NCBI GenBank assembly: GCA_003971905.1
Contig: RSEE01000106.1
Location: 62,001-126,000, forward strand
DNA length: 64,000 bases
Direction of reading: 5' to 3'
Origin: Moniliella sp. 'wahieum'
Taxonomy: Eukaryota
The translations under genes and the position numbers were made by a program. Below the pieces are notes generated by a model, which was not told where the DNA came from, did no database searches, and was given only the letters and a program-made list of their open reading frames with translations. This document shows, piece after piece, positions 12,859 to 25,146 of the stretch. Within the stretch, counting starts at the first letter, position 1, and every line of letters starts with the position of its first letter.

Positions 12859-13225
12859 GGGTCCACATCTCTGTCGGATCAAGGGCACCTGTGGCGGCAG
12901 TCAGGGCTTATCCACACACTGCCTAGGCGGGCGAACTTGGGACCAGTTCACTGTCTGATTGAGGGCACATGGCAGCAGTCCGCCTTCGGCTCCGCTCGGC
13001 TCGGCCAGTGCTCCAGGCGGCAGTGCGGCACGGCTAAAGAGTGAGTAACTAAACGGGTCACAGGCTGGGACCAGTTGATTCTTAGCCCGAGGGCACGAGG
13101 TAGCAGTGCGGCCCCGCGAAGGAATGGCTAACCAAGCGGGGCAAAGCAGGGACCAGCTCACTGTCTGATGGAGAGGGCACCTGGCGGCAGTCCGGCTCGA
13201 CTACATTCTTACTCGACCAGTGCCC
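12859..13225. repeat. Degenerate tandem repeat, about 65-80-bp period, 4-6 copies
   Basis: Core GGGACCAG...CTGTCTGAT...GAGGGCAC..GGCRGCAGTC. Clearest at 12939-12982 and 13149-13194, partial at 12871-12902 and 13067-13112. Confidence 0.65.
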
Positions 13226-13691
13226 CCCCGGGCTCAGATGCCTGTCTCACTGAGCCCGCTACAGTTATGTGCTCCTCGGCATCAAGCCCTTGCCCCATCC
13301 GGTATGGATGGGTCCCTTGGCTACTGGGGTCCCAAGCCCCTTGGTAGAAGGAGAACAGACAATCGTGATTGTTCCGTGGCGGTGCCGAGGCACCCGCGAC
13401 CGGCTCGGCACCCGCGACCGGGACGAGAGCAAGAGAATGTGCGGGGGTTAAAAGAAGAGACATGGCGTGCGTGTTTTCAGACAGCCGCCCCCCACCCCCT
13501 CCATCTTCAGCAATGATTAATGGCGTGCGTTGCTCGCCGTTACCCTGGACGGTGTCGGGCGTGGTTAGTACGCGGCCCGCTCGGAGATGGAGCATCGTAA
13601 CGCGTATTATAAGGGAAGAGGCGATACGAAGATCCTTGTTTATAGGCTTCTAAGGCTGTGGCGTCACCGGTCACCCCTCAGCTTCAGCTTC

Positions 13692-13726
13692 AATGTTCAA
13701 CGTTCAACGTTCAACGTTCAACGTTC
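13692..13726. repeat. (AACGTTC)x4 heptamer array plus one variant unit
   Basis: AATGTTC followed by four exact AACGTTC units (13699-13726). Confidence 0.95.
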
Positions 13727-13969
13727 AAGATGCAATCTTAATATTTAATCGATAATCGTGAACCAGCTCTGCGACATGGGGCTTGAGTAGGGCTTATGCG
13801 CTTATGAGGCTTGAGACCTGGGCCACTAGGCCTGTCCAAGCGCCCAGACCTCAGCCTGCTGTAGCCCCAGGCTGAGGCCTCAGGAGACTTATCGGAGATA
13901 GGTGGTTACGGAGGGGCAACCGCCACCATCACCACTTGCTCTCATTCCATCGCCCACCACCTACCTTCG

Positions 13970-14241
13970 ATGCCCTCCGCCAAGTCCATCCTGCTCCTGC
14001 TGCTACTCGGGCTCACCGCGCCCGTGGCGCTCAGTCGAGGTACGTTGTCCTCACCTCCCTCTCCCTCCTAGCCTCATCCTCTCGCTCACCTTGTGCTCTC
14101 GGTTCCACCTTGGTTCGGGCCTACTTTGCCTGTCTCGCAGCCGCGCCTGTGCCAGCAGCCACGCCTGGAGCGCCGCGTGCCGCGCCTCTCCCGCGCGTCG
14201 GCGGTCACTGCTATACCAACGGCGACCACATTATCTGCTGA
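13970..14241 (+). CDS. Small secreted two-cysteine peptide precursor (56 aa, one intron)
   Basis: Exon 13970-14039 plus exon 14141-14241 (intron GTACGT...CGCAG, 14040-14140) gives, with no frameshift, MPSAKSILLLLLLGLTAPVALSRAAPVPAATPGAPRAAPLPRVGGHCYTNGDHIIC*. The N-terminus looks like a signal peptide. Confidence 0.65.
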
Positions 14242-14439
14242 GGCACCAATGGCTTTGATCCCCCACCCCCTTGGCTCTCCTTGAAGATTGGCGGAAGGTA
14301 GTGCTATGTAACCCTCTCGTCCATCTTTTCCGTGCAGTCGGTTTCTGGTCTTGGGTTTCCAACACTAATGTGCATACGAAAGTCCAGAAGGGATTGCATG
14401 TATACGTAGAACTGACAAGTATGACCAGACAGCACAAAA

Positions 14440-14505
14440 CTGGACGGGACTAGACTGGACTGGACTGGACTGGACTGGCCGGACTGGACTGGACTGGACT
14501 GGATG
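14440..14505. repeat. (GGACT)n pentamer microsatellite
   Basis: About a dozen imperfect GGACT units read directly. Confidence 0.9.
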
Positions 14506-16208
14506 GACAGGCGGAGGATCCGAGACGAGCCGGGCCGGTTGTAGAGGGAGGACGAGCAACGAGGGGCGACGCGGGCTGGGCGAGGGAGAACTGAAGTGAC
14601 GTAACACAGCGAGGCGCTCCAATAGCGGGGGAGGGGGGGAGGCGGTCAAACTCTTGACGCGTTTAGCGTTTCGAAATAGTTGTGGTAACCAGTTGAGACG
14701 TGGGGGATCCCCTCTCCCAGCTCGAGGCAACCAGCCCGAGGTGACCGCGACGCAGCAATAGCGTGGGAGAGTACGGATCAGGCGCGGCAGTGACATTAGA
14801 GACAGGTGGCCTAGTCAATCGGGATCAACGCCACCGTGCACTTTTAGGCTCTATGAGCGCCATAGGGAATGCAATGCAATGCCAGTATATATCGCGAAGG
14901 CCATTCCAGGAACTTAGGAGGCGTCTAGTAGTACCTTTACCTCTCCCCGCGTTGGTCCGTCGCACTCTCGATCGTTATCGCCTAGCACGACGTACCACAC
15001 GTGTCATGCATCATGTGGACTACTAGTAAACTCAGTACTCAAATCAGTTCCAAGCAGAAGCGAGGAGTGGAGTGCGCCGCGCGTCGCGGTGAGAGATGCA
15101 AGATAGTACGGGACGAAGACTATATGGCGCTGATAGCATTCGCGAGGGCTGGAGCGACTAGCGACTAGTGATGAGTAGTGACGAATGACTAGTGATTAGT
15201 GAGCCAGGAGCAAGACTTAGTACATAGTTTGGCTGGTAACATGTAACATGTAACGTGATATGAGGCTGTGGGGTGGTGGTGGCCCCGCCCCAAGGCCCAA
15301 GTATGAGATGCATAGAGTATACGATGGCCATGGGCACGAGCACGAGCACGAGCACGGGCACGAGCACGAACACCAGCCGAGAAAGATGGTAGCCCCTCCA
15401 TGCTGAGAGAAAGAGCGAGCGAGGGTCCAGGAGGTGCGCCCTTGCGATTCAATTTCCCCCCCCATCCCATTGTCACATGTCACATGTCACATGTCACGAG
15501 AGCACGACGAAAAAGAAAGGGCACTAGTTAAATGGGTCGAGCGGGGGGGCGACGTGGTCCCTCGTGACCTCGTCCACTACAGCTCGCTGTTCGGTACGGC
15601 ACAAACGGGCGATTGGATCCAGGCAAGATGGTACGCGTGCTACTGTCGTAGTCGTAGTGGGTACTGGTACTCGTACTGCTCGTACAGGTACTGGTCGAGC
15701 TGAACTTGATCCCGCGCGGGCTGGTAGTCGATTGGGTAGCCGTAGTCGACGAAACATTTTTGGGCTCAACTACAGTCTTTCCCTAGATAGGGGGAACGGG
15801 ATCCCCCCTCCCCCTCCCCGCGCGGATCATAAAAAGGTGCAAACCTCGTCCCGCTCCAAGTGGGGAGAAGGTTGTAAATCCACACAACTCGCTTGTGCCG
15901 CTTTGGTGTGTTGCACATCTCCTGTCTCCGGCTGGACCATGATCGGTGCCGCGCAGGGTGCAGGATCCTCTTCCTTACCCGACTCGAACGGGCTAGGAGT
16001 GCTTACCAAAATGGGAGACGAAGGCGTCGCGTTCAATTGCTCCCTGTGTCAGGGTCAACGTCAAGCCGGGGCGCGGGGGGCGGACGCGGGGGCGGAACAC
16101 GGGCTGTCGAAGGGGGGTTTAGGAGACGAAGTGGGCGGGGCGGAAGGGGAACATGTACCCCCCACCATCATCCAGAAGCAAGTCTGCAGCCGCTTCCTCT
16201 CTTGCGCA

Positions 16209-19179
16209 TTAGAATGAGCAGGTTGGGTCGGGTGGTTTGAAAACGGCTGGCGGGATGGGTAGCGCCGGGACCTCCTCTGCACCTTGCTCACTACTATCGG
16301 GGGAGGAAGGTGGCAAAACATCGGCACAGGGGTGAGGGTAGGCTTCCTCAACATGTTGGTACGACTGGGAGGTACCGCTGGTGGGTGGTAGAGCTGCCGG
16401 TGGGGACCCCCCCCAACGAGACGGGGTGGTGGAAGCAGTGCTTGGCGTGGGACAAGAAGTGAAGCCCGAGGTCCAGCTGAGCGTCGCGGCGCTGGTCCGT
16501 CGGGTGCTTGTATTGGTCAAACTGGTTCGAGCTGTGCTTATGGGTGTGCTGGTCCGCTTGGACGACGCCCGATCCCGATCGGCGGTCGCCATGAAGAAGG
16601 AGGATGACTTGCCAGCGAAGGGGGCCGAGAGGAGGGGCTTACTCTCATAGCCTCCCCATCTCCGGACCGTTCGCCTCTACGGCCACTCGGAGGCGAGCCA
16701 GCGCCACCGGCTTGGCGGTGTGTGAAAGATTGCATGGTTGGGGGGTGGAGCCTGGGTGGGAGTAGATGTTCTCGAGTCAGATTGGAAACTAGCCTGATCG
16801 GAGAAGGGGCCAGAGCTTCGGTATCGGTGTCCAACCTGCGAGCAGGGACGACAAGCGACAATGGCGAGCCGAGTCTTGGTGCGTCAGGGGCGTGTGAGAG
16901 AGAGGAGCGGTGTGGAAGGGGGGTTGGACGGGCTGCCCACCAAAGGTCCGGCTTGATTGGCATGCGTTTTCTTCGACCCCACCAGCATCAACACGGGCAG
17001 GCAACCGAAGAGGGGAAGCTTGAATGCTTGACGCTTCGTTTGGCAGAGGCGGGAGAGGAATATCAGGTGGTGGGGAGAGTGCGCTCCTCCCCCCTTCCGC
17101 TCGCAGACTTATGGGACCGCGGAGGCAACTTGTTACGTCCACTCGGAAAGCACGAAACTGATGCGTCCCTGCGATTGTCGGAAGAGGGGCGTGTGAAAGA
17201 TCGGGAGGAGGTTGTGGGCACGGGGGACCTCGTTTGCCCCACAACCGACGAGGTTAGATGTGTGCTGTAGCATTTTCCATCCGTCGGGACTGGAGCTGGG
17301 GTTCCTGGTTCGACGGACCGACAGAAGAACGGAACGGGTCGATTCGATCCCCTTCGTCCATGAACGTCGTAGACAATGACCCTGGCTGCAGACCGCTCAC
17401 TCGGAAGATGGGGTGGTTGAGACGGCCTGAAACGGTAGCAAACTTGGTCCCGATGGTGCCATGTCACTGCCCCTCGTTGTGGTGTCTACTTACCTGGCTT
17501 TTTGGACCGTTTCCGACCCCAAAGGTGAGGTTGGACAAGGTGCGTAGGCGCGGGAAGGGTGTAGCCACGAAGGTTTCTCTGGCACATTCAAGCAAGCCAC
17601 CGGAAGGCGAAGGCGTCTCCTTCTTCGGTTCTCCCGTTGTTGCTTGGGTCCAACCGCTCCTGTCTTTATCGATTCCAAGGAGAAGATGCGACGGATAAAC
17701 GAGGATGGTCGAGATGTGGGGAGGGTGATCCGCTTGTCGCAGGGGCTTGCGCGGCGATGGCTCGAGGGGTTGAAAATTCTTGCGGATTGAGTGACTGCAG
17801 CGAAGTGGAAGCCATGCGGGTACGGTCCGACGGGGCGGATCTTTTGATCTGGACCAGAGGAGGGGGATGGATGCGCTCCTAGGTAACCTACCCGGTGTCA
17901 CTGGGGGTGCAGGGGAAGAGGGAGAGTTGATAAGCAACTCTTGTTGGTCTGACCCATCCTCGGTAGGGGTGTGCCTTGGATTGCCTCTTCCCACCTTGCT
18001 GACGCACCAAGAGAAACACCCGCTTGCTCTCCACTGACACGATGCTGGAAACCTTGCGACGACCCAAAAGAGCCCAACCTGGGCCGGCGCAACACGGAGC
18101 GAAACGAGGCGGAAGACCGACGGGAGGGTGCGGTGGTCACTGGTGTGCCAGGTGCATTGTCAGGGACCACCTTGTTCTTCGGTGGTCCAGGCTTGGATTA
18201 TTGTCTGTGGGTCCACGCTGTGGGGGGGCGGAACGGCTGATCCTTTTCGGGCTCGAAAGATGCTGGAAGAAACGCCTCGTATACGGCTGGCCCAGGGGCG
18301 AAGGGTCTTGGCGGGCGCAGGCGCAGGCTTTTCGCTCTTTGGCTGGGCCGGTAGAGAGGGAGTTGGGGCAGGTGTATTATCGGCCGTTGCTTGACTTTCG
18401 TCGACGTTGAAAGATGCTAAAGGAGAGCGTTTGAGGGGCCCAGGCTTGCGATGCGGAACAGTGCGGGAGGAATTAGGGATGTGCTCGGAGGAGTAGCCGA
18501 CCAGGTTGAGAAACGAAAGCGGGTCCGTCTTGACCCGCAAGAGGGGACGGCGTCCTTCCGGGTCGGATTTGACCTCGTCGTGTTGCTGGAGCAGGCGAGT
18601 GGCAGGCGCACTGCCCCTTCTCACGTGAGGCCGATTCGCCGGCGTACTGTTGCTGTGGGTGTTGGGCTGCGCTGTTTGCGCTGCGAGCGATCGCAGGCGC
18701 TGCTCTTCCTCTGCGGCCTCGCTGGAAGGCTCGATTGCGGGAGTGGAGGATGAGGAGGTGGTGGTGGGATGGCGCGTGGGCGAGGGATGGGGGAGGGGAG
18801 GGCTGGGGCTGTGCATGGACCAATCGGACAGGGGGGCGTGTGGGGCGGTGGCGCGAGGCAGTGGCGCGCGGGGTTCCGGGGGCTGCTGAGGCCGCGTTGG
18901 GGACGGGGGGATGGGCTGCGGGGGGCTGGGGGGCAGGCGCCGGGAGTGCGTTCTCCGACGGGTGGGGCGGCTGCGGTGATGGATGCAAGGGCCAATGCGG
19001 CAGGGGCAGGAGCCTCGGTAGTAGCCTGAGCAGGGGCAGGGGTGGATGTCGGTGTCGGGCGCGGCGAAGGAGCTGGCGCGGAGCAGGGTGGCGAGCGGAG
19101 ATGCGGGGGCGCGCAGACGGGTGAGCGAGGGCTTGTGGGCGGCTGGGTCGGCGGTGGATGTGGGCGGGGAGGAGGGCAT
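16209..19179 (-). CDS. Hypothetical S/P/R-rich low-complexity protein (frameshifted)
   Basis: Overlapping minus-strand ORFs (18160-19434, 17898-18170, 17464-17994, 17063-17467, 16538-16963, 16209-16592) form a continuous chain from the ATG at 19179 (MPSSPPTST). No domain recognised. Confidence 0.45.
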
Positions 19180-20186
19180 GTGGAGGGGCAAGGGGATGGT
19201 GAGATGGGGCCGAGGGGCGGAGGCGCAGGGGTGAGTTAGAGATACGTGCTGCGGATTGGCCCAGCCGAGCGAGGGCAGAGGAGGCGGAGAGGCAGATGCA
19301 CTTGCCGAAAGGCGTCTGACAGCCGCTGGGGCCCAGCGCACGCTGTGGACACGGCGATATGTATATCGCAAGTACAACCCACTATAACCGGTAACCCACG
19401 GGAGATATCGTGCGCGCCCATCGTTACCCCACACTCTGCTGCGCTGATGGACCCGATCAGATGACGCGTGGCGCGACGCGTGACGGCCGATCGCCTCCCC
19501 TCAGAAGGCGCCACGGCGTAGCGAGCGAGGCCCCGTCTCCGCAGCCCCCCCCCACTAGCCACTGCCCATGTGCGCCACGTCGGGACTCCCCGACGGCCGC
19601 TGGACACCACTCTATAAAATGTGCTGCCACACCGGTCACCGTTGAGGTTATTAAGTAGGCGCTACTCAGTGAGAGTGTCTTCCGTGCTGCCCAGTCGCAT
19701 CTCCAGCTCCTCGCCCACAATCTGGCGGCTGCCCCGCCAGGCCCACCGCTCAACGCTTCACGCTGGCGCATGCTGCCGTTCTATGTATAACACCAACGCC
19801 CAAAACCCAACGTCCGTCTAAAAACCCCCTCCTCTCACACACACACGCCCCTTTCCCGCGTATAGGCTCTTACCGCAATTATACGTTTTGTTACCCGCAA
19901 TTGGCCATCGCGCAGTCGTGACTATCTTGTGAAAATGACCCAGGAGGCCCGAGGATACACAACGCAGCAGATTGGACGCCCATCCGGTGGACCAAACCCA
20001 GGCCCACCGTATCTTCCCGCCGGCCGACGCTTGCGCCACTTGCTCCTGACACTGTCAGATCTCAGAACCGCTATATACTGACCTTTGCATCCCTCATTTT
20101 TGCCGTCGTTGGTCCAAAGGCCCCTATGTGGGGCGCACTCCAACTACGGCGCCAATCCTTTCCTCGAGCGAGAAAGGCAAAAATCA

Positions 20187-20290
20187 TGCTTCGTGCCAGG
20201 CTCGAACTGGCGACCTCAGGATGACGTGGTCCAACCACTCACAAGCAGGGCATATGAGACCTGCGCGCTAGCCAACTGCGCCAACGAAGC
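20187..20290 (-). tRNA. tRNA-Met (CAT), elongator type, 30-nt intron
   Basis: GCTTCGT/ACGAAGC acceptor stem, GCGC D-stem, anticodon CAT (20256-20254), intron 20252-20223 after position 37, GCCAG-TTCGAGC-CTGGC T-arm, U31-U39 mismatch as in yeast elongator tRNA-Met, T5 terminator at 20183-20179. Confidence 0.95.
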
Positions 20291-21106
20291 TATATGGTGC
20301 GCCAGCGGTTTTTGGCCTTCGAGGGTAGGCCCATCCCTGCCCCAACGCCAGCATCTGTAACGTCGAAAGAGGGACGAAGGCGAAACATATGGCCTTTTGT
20401 GGCCCAGGTCATGCATGCCACATGCCATCACACATCCTATGTGATGCGCGTGTGACGTTTTTCTGACGCGGCGTTTCCGACTCCATGACAGGTTGGATTC
20501 GCCACCGCCTTCGCATGTTGATCTCTACCGCCCACCCTTTCCATTTGCTGCTCTTTGAGCTCGTGGGCGCTAAGAGCGGCCACAAGCAGGAGTGCGTCAG
20601 CACAGAAGGCTCCGGACCAAGAACCGATGTACGATTACGCTTTTGTTGATGCGGACGCGGTGGATGATGGATGATCCACCGCCCCGTCGATGGCCAGCCA
20701 GCGTCCGCACGCGGGCGGAGCGAGCGGAGGGGATTAATGATTGGATGATTTTCGGATGGATTGGTTCGCGTCTACGCGGCTGCAGAGCGGGCGGTAGGGT
20801 TGCGTTCGGACGCAGGCAGGCGGCTGTGTGGGGCGCAGGCACGGGGGCAGGCAGGCGTGCTTGAAACTTTCGGTGCCGTGGGGCGGTGCCGGGAGCTGGA
20901 ATCTGGGTCAACACGCCTGTGATGGCTATGCGCTGCCTCGTCTGCTTCGCCTCCTTCGCCGCGCCCGCCTCCCCCCCACCACCCGCACCACCGTCACCGT
21001 CGTGCGCGCCCGCGCCCAGCCCCCTCCATGCCCCCACGGCAAGGTCTCCGCCCCGGCCGCCGCCACCTCCACCTCCCCGGCCCCGGCCCCGCCCGGGCCC
21101 ACGGCC

Positions 21107-24100
21107 ATGGTGCTCCCCTCCTGGCTCTCCTACAGCGCCTGGACCACCGCCACCACACCACCCGCACCCGCACCACCACCCACCTCCTCGTCTTCCCTGC
21201 CGACCCCTCCCGTGGTCCCTCGGTCAAGACACGCACCGCCACCCACCTACGCCACCACTGAGTACACCATCGTATACAACACCCTCCCCTCCGATGCGTC
21301 CCTGCCCGCCCCGTCCCGGCACCCGCCCCTCCCGCCCGCACCCCGCCGCCAGCAGCACGCCTGCCTCGCACTCCTCCTCTTCCTCATCCTCCCTTTCCCC
21401 GCCCCGCGAAAGCAGCAGCAGAAGCCGCAGTCACATCCCCCCCCTCCGCTTCGCGCTCCCACACCTCCACCAACGGAGCCCCTCACCCGCCCCCCTCCTC
21501 TCATCTGGCCAGCAGCCACGCCGCCACGCACGCCAGCCGCCACTCCGCCAGCCACCGCTCCTCCAGCCACACAGACCCGCCTCGCCCCCATCCCTCGGCC
21601 GCTTCCACCGAGCACGGCGGCCCCCCCGGCTCTGGCTTTTCCGCTCCCAGTGCCAGCGCAAGCAGTGCGGCATCCCACTCGCATACCCACACGCTCCCCC
21701 GCCCGTCTGGAGGTACGTCCTTGTTCCTCTTGTTGCGTTCGCCATCGCTGGCGCCTCTTGTCCTGACCTGTGGAATACAGAATCCACAGCACCCACTCTG
21801 CACACAAGAGCGGGTCCCACTCCGCCCCCGAACCCACACCTTCAGCTGCGCATCCAAGTTCTCGTAGCACCTCGTCCCCGCTCGACACGCCATCTTCTGC
21901 TCACAGTAGCTCGGAAAGTGTATCCACTGGCTCCATCTCCCATTCTCATGCTGTCGTTCCCTCTGGTTCGGCTGCGTCCAAGTCACCGGACCATGGATTG
22001 AGCCGGACTAGTCATCATCCCTCTGCTTCCGCCTCTGCCTCTGCCTCGGTCTCTGCCCAGGATTCGTCTTCTTCCCGCTTCCCGCCCGTCTGGTTCAACC
22101 CACGCTAGCCAGCCCTTTCCTCGGTGCCCCCGAGCCCAGAGAGCAAGACGGGCTCCCAAGCTCATTCTTCTTCGTTTAGTGCCTCGTTAGGCAGTGCCTC
22201 GTCCGGCAGTGCTTCCCCTGGTAGCGCTTCTCGGGGCGGCGTTTCATCGGCCAGTGCTTCGCCCATTGCGTCGGTCAAGAGTAGCAGCGATGCTGCTCCC
22301 TCTGATACGGATACTGTATCCAGCATGTTGGCCTCTTCTGCTTCGGCCTCGAGCCAGAGCCCCAACCAGGCTGGTACACCCTCCAGTTTCACTTCCAGTC
22401 TCCATACCGACTTTCCCTTTCTGCCATCGACGACGCCATCACCTACGACGGGCGTGGCAGGCGCGTTCCCTTCTTCCAACAATGGTGTGTCCCACCCTGG
22501 AAGTCACTCTGGGAACAGCAGTTCCAAACTTTCGCCCGGGCAGATAGTCGGGATCGCGCTCGGCTCCTTTTTCGGTGCGCTGGCCCTGTTGGGCCTGCTA
22601 ACTCTTCTCGCGTGGCTTTGTTACCGTCGGCGCAGGCGGCAGCGCGACCCGTACGGGCTGGAAGATCGGTACACCAGGTCAGGTCTTACAGCGACCGAGA
22701 AGATGGAAGCAGGTGAGCCTGTGCCCAGTCCCACCCGCGGACTAACCACCCGCTTCTTTGGTCTTCGTTCAGGCGGAAAAGGAACCTATGCTGCTGTAGG
22801 CAACGAGAGGCAAGATGCCTACCACGGAAGCATGCCCGCCCGACCAACGGGGCAGTAGTAGCGGCAGACTACGCTACGCCCACCTCGAACTCCTCGTTCG
22901 TTTCTCCCACGGGACCTCGCTACCCGCACGAACCGGCTTCGCGCAGCACAGGTGTCCCCGGACGCTATGCCAGCCGGAGCGCCGGTCGCGCGGGAATCGG
23001 TGCGTTTGTTGCTGCAGTAGCTGGCCGACGCACTTCCAGTCGAAGGTTTGCTTCCGAAGCACAGGAAGAGGATACGAGTTTGTTGGAGCAAGACCCTGAC
23101 CCCGATCGCGGGGCGTGGTACCACGCCCCCGCCCATGCACCGGGCGCCGAGGCGGAACCGTTGATCGCTGCGAACCCACGAGGAGCATCGGTCGGAGCCA
23201 GGTCAACCCTGGTACGCTGCTAGGGACACTTTGGGTGCCGGTGCCGGTGCCGGTGCTGGTGCTGAGCCCCAGCCCTAGCCCGTCGACCGGGACCAAGGGA
23301 GTATTTGGCCGTAGCACCGGCTCGACGCGATGCTCGTCTATCGCCCTTGCATCGCGCTGGTACCCAGCACACAACTGGTGCCGATACCACCTGACCGCCT
23401 TGACGAATACCACCGAACCGTCCACCTTGACCTCGCCCTCTCTCATGAGCGGACCCAGTCGGGAAAATTCGCGCTCCCACCGTCCTTCGCAGCAACTCTT
23501 GTTTGCACGATTGAGTTCGCGGCCTGCGCCGTCGGCCGCGCTTGCCAGCCCGCACAGCGAAGCGAGTGCAACTCCGCCCACGTCGTCTCCATCGTTGACC
23601 TTAGGGGCAGGAAGCACGACGATGGGTGCGGGCGCAGCGATGGCCATGACACTAGCGGGTGAACAGGAACGGTACGCCTCGGCGACGCCGTGTGGCAAAC
23701 AGCCTACCTACCAAGGTGTGGATGAACCGTTGGAGCTGCTGAGTGTGCCCGAGGCCCAGGGTGCCGCGCTGGACGAGACCAAAACCCGTCGATCTTAACG
23801 GCAGCAAGTGAGGAGGATGGTAACGTGTTGTGGGACGGGAAGCGTCATTCGCCCGAGGCGCGTCGCGCCGCGTTGGAACGTGCTTCGGCACCCACCTTGG
23901 TCCCTGTGCGAGGCGTCGAGGCCGAGGCCCGGCCCGAGCGCGAGGGCGAGCGCGACGTGGGACAACTCCCCCTCCCACTCAGGGTAGCCTTACGTCGTGG
24001 TCTAGCCTGGGCACGGACCCGGCCCGGTCGGACGTATCGACGTACCCCCGTTCGTCTGAGGCTGCCTTGCCCTCACCGGCGGTCATGACGGAGCGTACCA

Positions 24101-25146
24101 GTGGACAATCGGCCGAAGCGCAGGCGGGCGATACGCCGATGGCAAGTGGGCAGGACAGTGCGTCAACCAACTCTCTGGGTGTCACTTTGGGCTCGCCTGT
24201 GGCCTGGTCCCGTTCCCGCGAGGCAGGAATGCCGTTTCGACTTCAGCTTCGTCTCAAAGTCAAAGCCAAGGCCCGGGGATGGAAGTAGATTCGACTTACC
24301 CCCTTCCTCCGGCACCACCACCTCGGGCTCAGGCTACGACCCGTCGCTTCTCTCATCGGCGTACGGGTCCGAGTACAGTTCGCACTCCGGCCCAGCCTCG
24401 AGCTTGGCCACGCTCGGCACACTGAGTCAGCGCTCCCACTTATCTGGGGTACCCATTACCCCTACCTCTGGACCCCCGCGGTCCGTTGGCTCGTCCTGCT
24501 CGCCCACCCAGTCCATCTCGCCGCTCAGCGGCACCGCAGCACCTACCCTGCTCTCTGCGCCGCCACCAGCACCCACATCTGCATCTGCCCACACAGGATC
24601 CAGCCCTGCTGCAACAGTGGCGGGGTACCGACCGCCCCGGTGGACAAGTCTCTGCCCACTGCGCCGGCGGAGAGTTATGGCTCGCCGTATAGGACGGGGA
24701 GGATGGGCGAGCCGGATGGGTACGACGATCAGGACGGGTACGATGACGTGGCGAGGAGTGGGGTGACGGCGTTGCTCGAGGGCAGTAAATGGGATACGGC
24801 TGGTGCGTATCGGTACGGAGAACCGTTGATGGACATTGAAGAGCGGTCTTTGGAGCGATCGTCGCAGGCTGGTCGGTCGGCGTGGTCCGGGGCTGGAAAC
24901 GGGTCTGGGAGCGGGAGTGGGACTGGGAGCGCGACTGGCCCAGGGGATGAGCTTGTCCCGTCAACCGACTGGCGCGACGGTCGCACAGCCGCAAGTCGTA
25001 CTTCACTTTCTTCCCATCCGTCCGAGTTGGACGAAGGCCATCAACCGGTCTGGCGACCTTCGCCCCGCGTACGCACAGCTACCCAAAAGGCCCTCGGACG
25101 ATTGCACCAGCAAGAGCATGAGCAAGTTCAGTTGCCGCACTACTGA
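21107..25146 (+). CDS. Mucin-like (Mid2/Wsc/Skg6-type) single-pass membrane protein
   Basis: Hydrophobic segment WRYVLVPLVAFAIAGASC (about 21707-21760), long Ser-rich tract, TM helix LSPGQIVGIALGSFFGALALLGLLTLLAWLCY followed by RRRRR, then a long S/P-rich tail ending QVQLPHY*. Start uncertain, multiple frameshifts. Confidence 0.6.

Noticed and set aside
12859..13225. Repeat-spacer layout resembling a CRISPR array
   Set aside because: Repeats are too divergent and irregularly spaced, the context is eukaryotic, and there are no cas genes.
14200..14241. Small peptide as a mating pheromone
   Set aside because: It ends HIIC*, not CAAX, and has a signal peptide. Basidiomycete lipopeptide pheromones have a CAAX box and no signal peptide.
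20223..20252. Introns in tRNA-Met(CAT) and tRNA-Ile(AAT) (second at 54012-54042)
   Set aside because: Both are at the canonical 37/38 position with the expected C32 pairing to G at intron position -3. tRNA introns are common in basidiomycetes.
24808..24819. YRYG peptide as part of Emi1, the host gene of Ustilago telomerase RNA
   Set aside because: The flanking Cys pattern of Emi1 is absent, and the peptide lies in the tail of the membrane protein.
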